A stretch of DNA of 63,618 bases, counting the filler. It is 5 parts of 5 records of this genome, joined end to end, with 100 filler letters (N's around TTAATTAATTAA, not from the genome) between each part and the next. Parts side by side here need not be neighbours in the genome. Positions count along the whole stretch, not along the records: positions 58,418 to 63,618 come from SRR22947725_883; 4 more parts are not named here. One strand, given 5' to 3'. The notes under the pieces were generated by a model, which searched no databases, was not told where the DNA came from, and was given only the letters and a program-made list of their open reading frames with translations. This document shows, one piece after another, positions 59,146-63,618 of this stretch. The first letter of the stretch is position 1. Each line of letters opens with the position of its first letter. The position numbers and the translations under genes were made by a program.

Positions 59146-60183
59146 TTAAGCAGTTTCTTTGAGTGAAATTGAGGATATTTGTTTTATATATTGAGATAAT
59201 TCAACCATTCTCTTGGAAAATCCCCATTCATTATCATACCAGGCAAGAATTTTAGTTTGGTTACCAATCTTATAAATGTGATTGGTATCAAAGATAGAGG
59301 ATGCCGGGTTGTGATTGAAATCTGAACTCACCAAAGGTAAATCACACATAGACAGTATTCCTTGCAATTCATTCTTTGCAGATTTAGTTAAAACATTAAT
59401 TAGTTCATCAATTTCAAAATCTTTTTCTGATTCGAACGTTAAATCAAGCATTGATACATTAAGAACAGGAACTCTTGTTGCCATACCGTTAAGTTTTCCC
59501 TCTAGTTCTGGAATAACTAAACCAATTGCTTTTGCAGCTCCTGTTTTAGATGGAATAATAGATGCTGATGCTGCTCTTGCTCTATATAAATCAGAATGAG
59601 ATACGTCTAATAAGCTTTGATCATTAGTGCTGGCATGAACAGTGTTAACCAAACCACTTTTAATACCAAAATTATCGTTAATAACCTTAGCAATAGGCGC
59701 CAAACAATTGGTTGTGCAAGATGCATTTGAGATTATTAAATCATTTTTATCTAATTGATTATGATTAACTCCATAAACAATAGTCTTATCAGGGTCTTGA
59801 GCTGGAGCAGATATTAGAACCTTTTTTGCACCAGCAACTAGATGACTATAAGCTTTTTCTTTTGAAGTAAAGAAACCTGTACATTCAAAAACAATATCAA
59901 TTTTTAAATCATCCCAAGGTAGATTAGAAGGATCTCTCTCAGAATAGAATTTTATAGATGAGTTATCTATTATTATCTCATTATCACTATGACTGATATC
60001 GTTAGGAATTGAGCCATGAATTGAATCGTATTTTAATAGATGAGAATTTGATTTAATATCGCCAAGATCATTTATAGCGACTAACTCTAGATCACCCTCT
60101 TGACCTGCTAAAAAACCTGCATCAATAAGATGTCTAGTTATATTTTTACCAATTCTACCAAAACCGTTAATTGCAACTCTCAT
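59146..60183 (-). CDS. gap: Glyceraldehyde-3-phosphate dehydrogenase, type I
   Basis: INGFGRIG, SNASCTTNCLAP, HA.TNDQ, TGAAKA, WYDNEWGFS. Confidence 0.96.
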   Translation of the reverse strand: MRVAINGFGRIGKNITRHLIDAGFLAGQEGDLELVAINDLGDIKSNSHLLKYDSIHGSIPNDISHSDNEIIIDNSSIKFYSERDPSNLPWDDLKIDIVFECTGFFTSKEKAYSHLVAGAKKVLISAPAQDPDKTIVYGVNHNQLDKNDLIISNASCTTNCLAPIAKVINDNFGIKSGLVNTVHASTNDQSLLDVSHSDLYRARAASASIIPSKTGAAKAIGLVIPELEGKLNGMATRVPVLNVSMLDLTFESEKDFEIDELINVLTKSAKNELQGILSMCDLPLVSSDFNHNPASSIFDTNHIYKIGNQTKILAWYDNEWGFSKRMVELSQYIKQISSISLKETA

Positions 60184-60201
60184 AGTATATACTTTTAAAA
60201 A

Positions 60202-60216
60202 TGTAAATTATTTACA
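60202..60216. promoter_or_regulatory. Perfect 7-1-7 palindrome TGTAAAT-T-ATTTACA, HexR-like operator
   Basis: 19-33 nt upstream of the gap start; resembles HexR TGTAATwwwATTACA. Confidence 0.55.
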
Positions 60217-60327
60217 ATATTTATTGTTTAATTATTATATTGTATAATATTTTCAAAAATATAAAAAGAAATTATATACTTACAGTAAACTCTTCTTTCA
60301 AAAAACATATAAAATAGCTGGCTTGTT

Positions 60328-60558
60328 ATGAGTGATTTAATTATTTCAGGAATTAATTTAATGTTAACCGGAATGGTTACTGTATTGATATTCCTTTCAA
60401 TTTTAATTCTGCTAATTAATATTTCTGCATCATTATTTAAAGAAGAGTTGATAGATAACTCAAAGGATAATTTACCCAAAAGTCCCGATGTAAATAAATT
60501 GAAAATTGAGCATAAAGAGATAATTAATATTATTAAAAAGAGAATATTCAATGAATAA
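60328..60558 (+). CDS. oadG: Oxaloacetate decarboxylase gamma subunit
   Basis: G..LM..GM..V..FL..L single TM; precedes oadA. Confidence 0.85.
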   Translation: MSDLIISGINLMLTGMVTVLIFLSILILLINISASLFKEELIDNSKDNLPKSPDVNKLKIEHKEIINIIKKRIFNE

Positions 60559-62305
60559 CAAGAAAATTGGTATTACCGAGGTTGTTCTTAGGGATGGTCA
60601 TCAATCACTTTTAGCAACAAGGCTTAGATATGAAGACATGGAATCAGTTTTAAAAAAAATAGATTCAGTTGGTTTTTGGTCTGTTGAATCTTGGGGCGGT
60701 GCTATTTTTGATTCATGCATAAGGTACCTTGGTGAAGACCCTTGGGAAAGAATAAGAAATATTAAAAGCAAGATGCCAAATACTCCGCAGCAAATGCTTC
60801 TAAGGGGGCAGAACTTATTAGGTTATAAGCATTATTCTGATGAAATAGTACATAAATTTATTGAAAAATCTAAAACTAACGGAGTTGATGTATTTAGAAT
60901 TTTTGATGCTCTAAATGATCCAAGAAATATGGAAACTGCTATCAAGGCAACAATTGAAAATGATGGACATGCACAAGGAACGATTTCTTATACAACAAGT
61001 CCTGTTCATAACCTTCAGACCTGGGTTGATCTAAGCTTAAAGCTTCAAGACCTTGGATGTCACTCTTTAGCAATTAAAGATATGGCTGGATTATTAGATC
61101 CTTATGTAGGCTTTGAACTTGTTTCAAAATTGAAGGAAGAAATTAATATTCCCATCCATTTGCATAGTCATGCAACGACTGGAATGAGCACTACTACAGC
61201 AATAAAGTGTGTTGAAGCAGGTTTGGATAATATTGATACCTCTATCTCTTCTATGAGTATGACGTATGGTCATTCAGCAACAGAAACGGTTGTCGGAATA
61301 CTCGAGAATACTGACTATGAAACAAAAATTGATCTAGAAAAATTAGAGCCAATAGCTAAACATTTTAGAGAAGTTAGAAAAAAATATTCAAATTTTGAGG
61401 GTTCTTTAAAAGGAGTAGATGCAAGAATAATTACGTCACAGGTTCCTGGAGGAATGCTAACAAATCTTGAAAATCAGCTCAAAGAACAAAATGCTTCAGA
61501 TAAATTTGATGAGGTTATTGATGAAATTCCAAATGTAAGATCAGACCTTGGTTTTATTCCATTAGTAACTCCCACTTCACAAATTGTAGGAACCCAAGCA
61601 GTAATAAATGTATTAAATAATGAAAGATATAAAGTTATAACAAAAGAAACATCAGCCTTGTTAAAGGGTGAGTATGGAAAAACCCCCTCTGCTGTTGATA
61701 AGGTCTTGCAAGAGAAAGTTTTAAATGGCAAAAGTCCGGTGACATGCAGACCTGCTGACCTAATAGACAGCAATGAATACGATAAAACTAAAGAAAAATT
61801 TCTTAAGGTTATCAGTGAAAACAAGCTTGATATAGAGGCTAGTGAAGAAAATATTCTTATATACACCCTCTTCCCAGAAATTGGGATGAAGTTCTTAGAA
61901 AATAAAGACAATCAAGAATTTTTTGAAAAATCTCCATTAAACTTAATTGAAGATAAAGAAGGTTTCTATAATGTTGAGATAGATGGATTAAATTACGTAG
62001 TTAAATATTCTAAAACTGAAGAGCCTGAAATCTTAGGAAATAATATTACATCGAGTGAAGCTGTTTCCAAGGAAGTAATAGATAAAACGGGGACCGTTAT
62101 CAATGCTCCGCTAAGCGGGAATATATTCAAGATAGAATATGCCGAAGGCTCTGCAATCAAAGAAGATGATACTGTTATAGTTCTTGAAGCCATGAAAATG
62201 GAAACAACTATAAAAACTCCTGTAAATGGAATAGTTGGCAAGATTTTTATTAAAAATGGAGATAAAGTGCAAGTAGGTCAACCTTTATTTGAGGTTTTAA
62301 ATTAA
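60551..62305 (+). CDS. oadA: Oxaloacetate decarboxylase alpha subunit
   Basis: [35 protein letters not shown], biotin motif EAMKME. Confidence 0.96.
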   Translation: MNNKKIGITEVVLRDGHQSLLATRLRYEDMESVLKKIDSVGFWSVESWGGAIFDSCIRYLGEDPWERIRNIKSKMPNTPQQMLLRGQNLLGYKHYSDEIVHKFIEKSKTNGVDVFRIFDALNDPRNMETAIKATIENDGHAQGTISYTTSPVHNLQTWVDLSLKLQDLGCHSLAIKDMAGLLDPYVGFELVSKLKEEINIPIHLHSHATTGMSTTTAIKCVEAGLDNIDTSISSMSMTYGHSATETVVGILENTDYETKIDLEKLEPIAKHFREVRKKYSNFEGSLKGVDARIITSQVPGGMLTNLENQLKEQNASDKFDEVIDEIPNVRSDLGFIPLVTPTSQIVGTQAVINVLNNERYKVITKETSALLKGEYGKTPSAVDKVLQEKVLNGKSPVTCRPADLIDSNEYDKTKEKFLKVISENKLDIEASEENILIYTLFPEIGMKFLENKDNQEFFEKSPLNLIEDKEGFYNVEIDGLNYVVKYSKTEEPEILGNNITSSEAVSKEVIDKTGTVINAPLSGNIFKIEYAEGSAIKEDDTVIVLEAMKMETTIKTPVNGIVGKIFIKNGDKVQVGQPLFEVLN

Positions 62306-63591
62306 TGAGTTTATTTGAATTCTTTTCAACTTTAGGTATTTTTAGCATAACTCTTGGCCAATCTTTAATGATTCTGGTTGGTCTATTACTGCTATATCTT
62401 GCTATAAATAAAAAATTTGAACCTTTATTATTATTGCCAATAGGTTTCGGAGCTCTACTTACGAATATTCCAGAGATTGGTTTATCAATGAGTCCAATTG
62501 AAAAACTTGTATATGCAAATAATTCCTCTGAAATAAATCAAATTATCAGTGAGTATTTTGGAAGAGGTACTGACTTATCATTGCTTCTTAAAAATGCGTC
62601 TTATATGGACCTCAAAATAATAAATGATGCAGCGCAAAGTATGGGGTATGCACCAGGCATTTTATATGTATTCTATGAGGTAGCCATAGGTTCAGGGATT
62701 GCACCACTGTTAATTTTTATGGGTGTTGGTGCTATGACAGATTTTGGACCACTGCTTGCTAATCCAAAGACTTTAATACTTGGTGCTGCAGCACAATTTG
62801 GTATCTTTGCAACTGTTATGGGAGCGTTATTATTAGATTATTATGGATTAATAGATTTCACTCTTAAGCAGGCCGCTGCAACTGGAATCATAGGTGGTGC
62901 TGACGGTCCAACTGCAATATACGTCTCATCCATTCTAGCTCCAGAATTACTTGGGCCAATAGCTGTAGCTGCCTATTCCTATATGGCATTAGTTCCATTA
63001 ATTCAGCCTCCTATAATGAGAGCTTTAACATCGGAGTCTGAAAGAACTATTCAAATGGTTCAGCTAAGAAATGTGACGCAGAAAGAAAAAATTATTTTTC
63101 CTATTATGCTTTTCTTATTGGTTGGATTACTTTTGCCAAGCGCAGCACCCCTTCTAGGAATGCTTTGTTTGGGCAATCTTATGAAAGAATCATTAGTGGT
63201 TGATAGGTTAAGCGATGTAGCTCAGAACTCTTTAATAAATATAGTAACAATTTTTCTAGGTTTATCTGTTGGTTCTAAATTAGCTGCTGACAAATTTTTA
63301 ACTCCTGAAACACTTGGAATACTTATATTAGGAATGATTGCATTTGCAATAGGAACTGCAGCGGGTGTTCTTGTAGCAAAATTAATTAATATATTCAGTA
63401 AAACAAAAATAAACCCTCTTATAGGGGCAGCTGGGGTTTCAGCAGTTCCGATGGCTGCAAGAGTAGTTAATAAGGTTGGTTTAGAATATAACTCTCAAAA
63501 TCATTTATTAATGCATGCTATGGGTCCAAATATTGCAGGAGTAATAGGTTCAGCAGTAGCAGCTGGTGTAATGATTAAGTTTCTAGGATAA
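62305..63591 (+). CDS. oadB: Na+-translocating oxaloacetate decarboxylase beta subunit
   Basis: [51 protein letters not shown]. Confidence 0.97.
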   Translation: MSLFEFFSTLGIFSITLGQSLMILVGLLLLYLAINKKFEPLLLLPIGFGALLTNIPEIGLSMSPIEKLVYANNSSEINQIISEYFGRGTDLSLLLKNASYMDLKIINDAAQSMGYAPGILYVFYEVAIGSGIAPLLIFMGVGAMTDFGPLLANPKTLILGAAAQFGIFATVMGALLLDYYGLIDFTLKQAAATGIIGGADGPTAIYVSSILAPELLGPIAVAAYSYMALVPLIQPPIMRALTSESERTIQMVQLRNVTQKEKIIFPIMLFLLVGLLLPSAAPLLGMLCLGNLMKESLVVDRLSDVAQNSLINIVTIFLGLSVGSKLAADKFLTPETLGILILGMIAFAIGTAAGVLVAKLINIFSKTKINPLIGAAGVSAVPMAARVVNKVGLEYNSQNHLLMHAMGPNIAGVIGSAVAAGVMIKFLG

Positions 63592-63618
63592 ATTACAGAC
63601 GAAAAAAAACAGAGACTA

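Noticed and set aside
59146-60183. Erythrose-4-phosphate dehydrogenase (epd)
   Set aside because: Has GAPDH-type HAxTNDQ and RARAA and is linked to pyk.
1-63618. CRISPR arrays, rRNA, transposases, and tRNA-anchored islands
   Set aside because: No regularly spaced repeats, rRNA-like tracts or transposase motifs were seen; both tRNAs are flanked by core genes with no duplicated 3' ends.

Overview
This window is not one locus. It is five unrelated marine-bacterial contigs joined by artificial 100-nt spacers (44 N + TTAATTAATTAA + 44 N). Taxonomy below is inferred from gene content and order. (1) 1-20332, AT-rich Flavobacteriaceae-like: yihA, gldBC, nadE, dnaG, rlmN, queA, an aromatic amino acid operon and metY-metX. 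(2) 20433-26680, SAR11/Pelagibacter-like: yidC-yidD-rnpA-rpmH, tRNA-Thr, dcd-murA-hisD-infA, tRNA-Phe and a partial csp. (3) 26781-38469, low-GC Rhodobacteraceae-like: a MotA/MotB-like pair, tyrC, priA, transaldolase, xerC, pcs and ileS. (4) 38570-58317, Lentisphaerae/PVC-like accessory region. (5) 58418-63618, SAR86-like gammaproteobacterium: pyk, gap and oadGAB. The top find is a membrane Ser/Thr kinase next to an ECF sigma factor. Its canonical VAxK lysine is replaced by Ala and a Lys sits at the third glycine of the G-loop, the arrangement of eukaryotic WNK kinases. The second is a complete, unannotated Phe/Tyr leader-peptide attenuator ahead of the flavobacterial pheA-aminotransferase-tyrA-DAHP/CM operon. 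Other finds: a SAM-II-type riboswitch before metY-metX, a translationally coupled 33-aa ORF before dcd, an in-frame TGA at the conserved Gly of a TPR repeat, a zrg-like metal operon with a Fur-family-like operator, a perfect 19-bp inverted repeat, and a HexR-like palindrome before gap-pyk. No CRISPR array, rRNA or transposase was seen. All assignments come from motif reading and recall; no database search was run.
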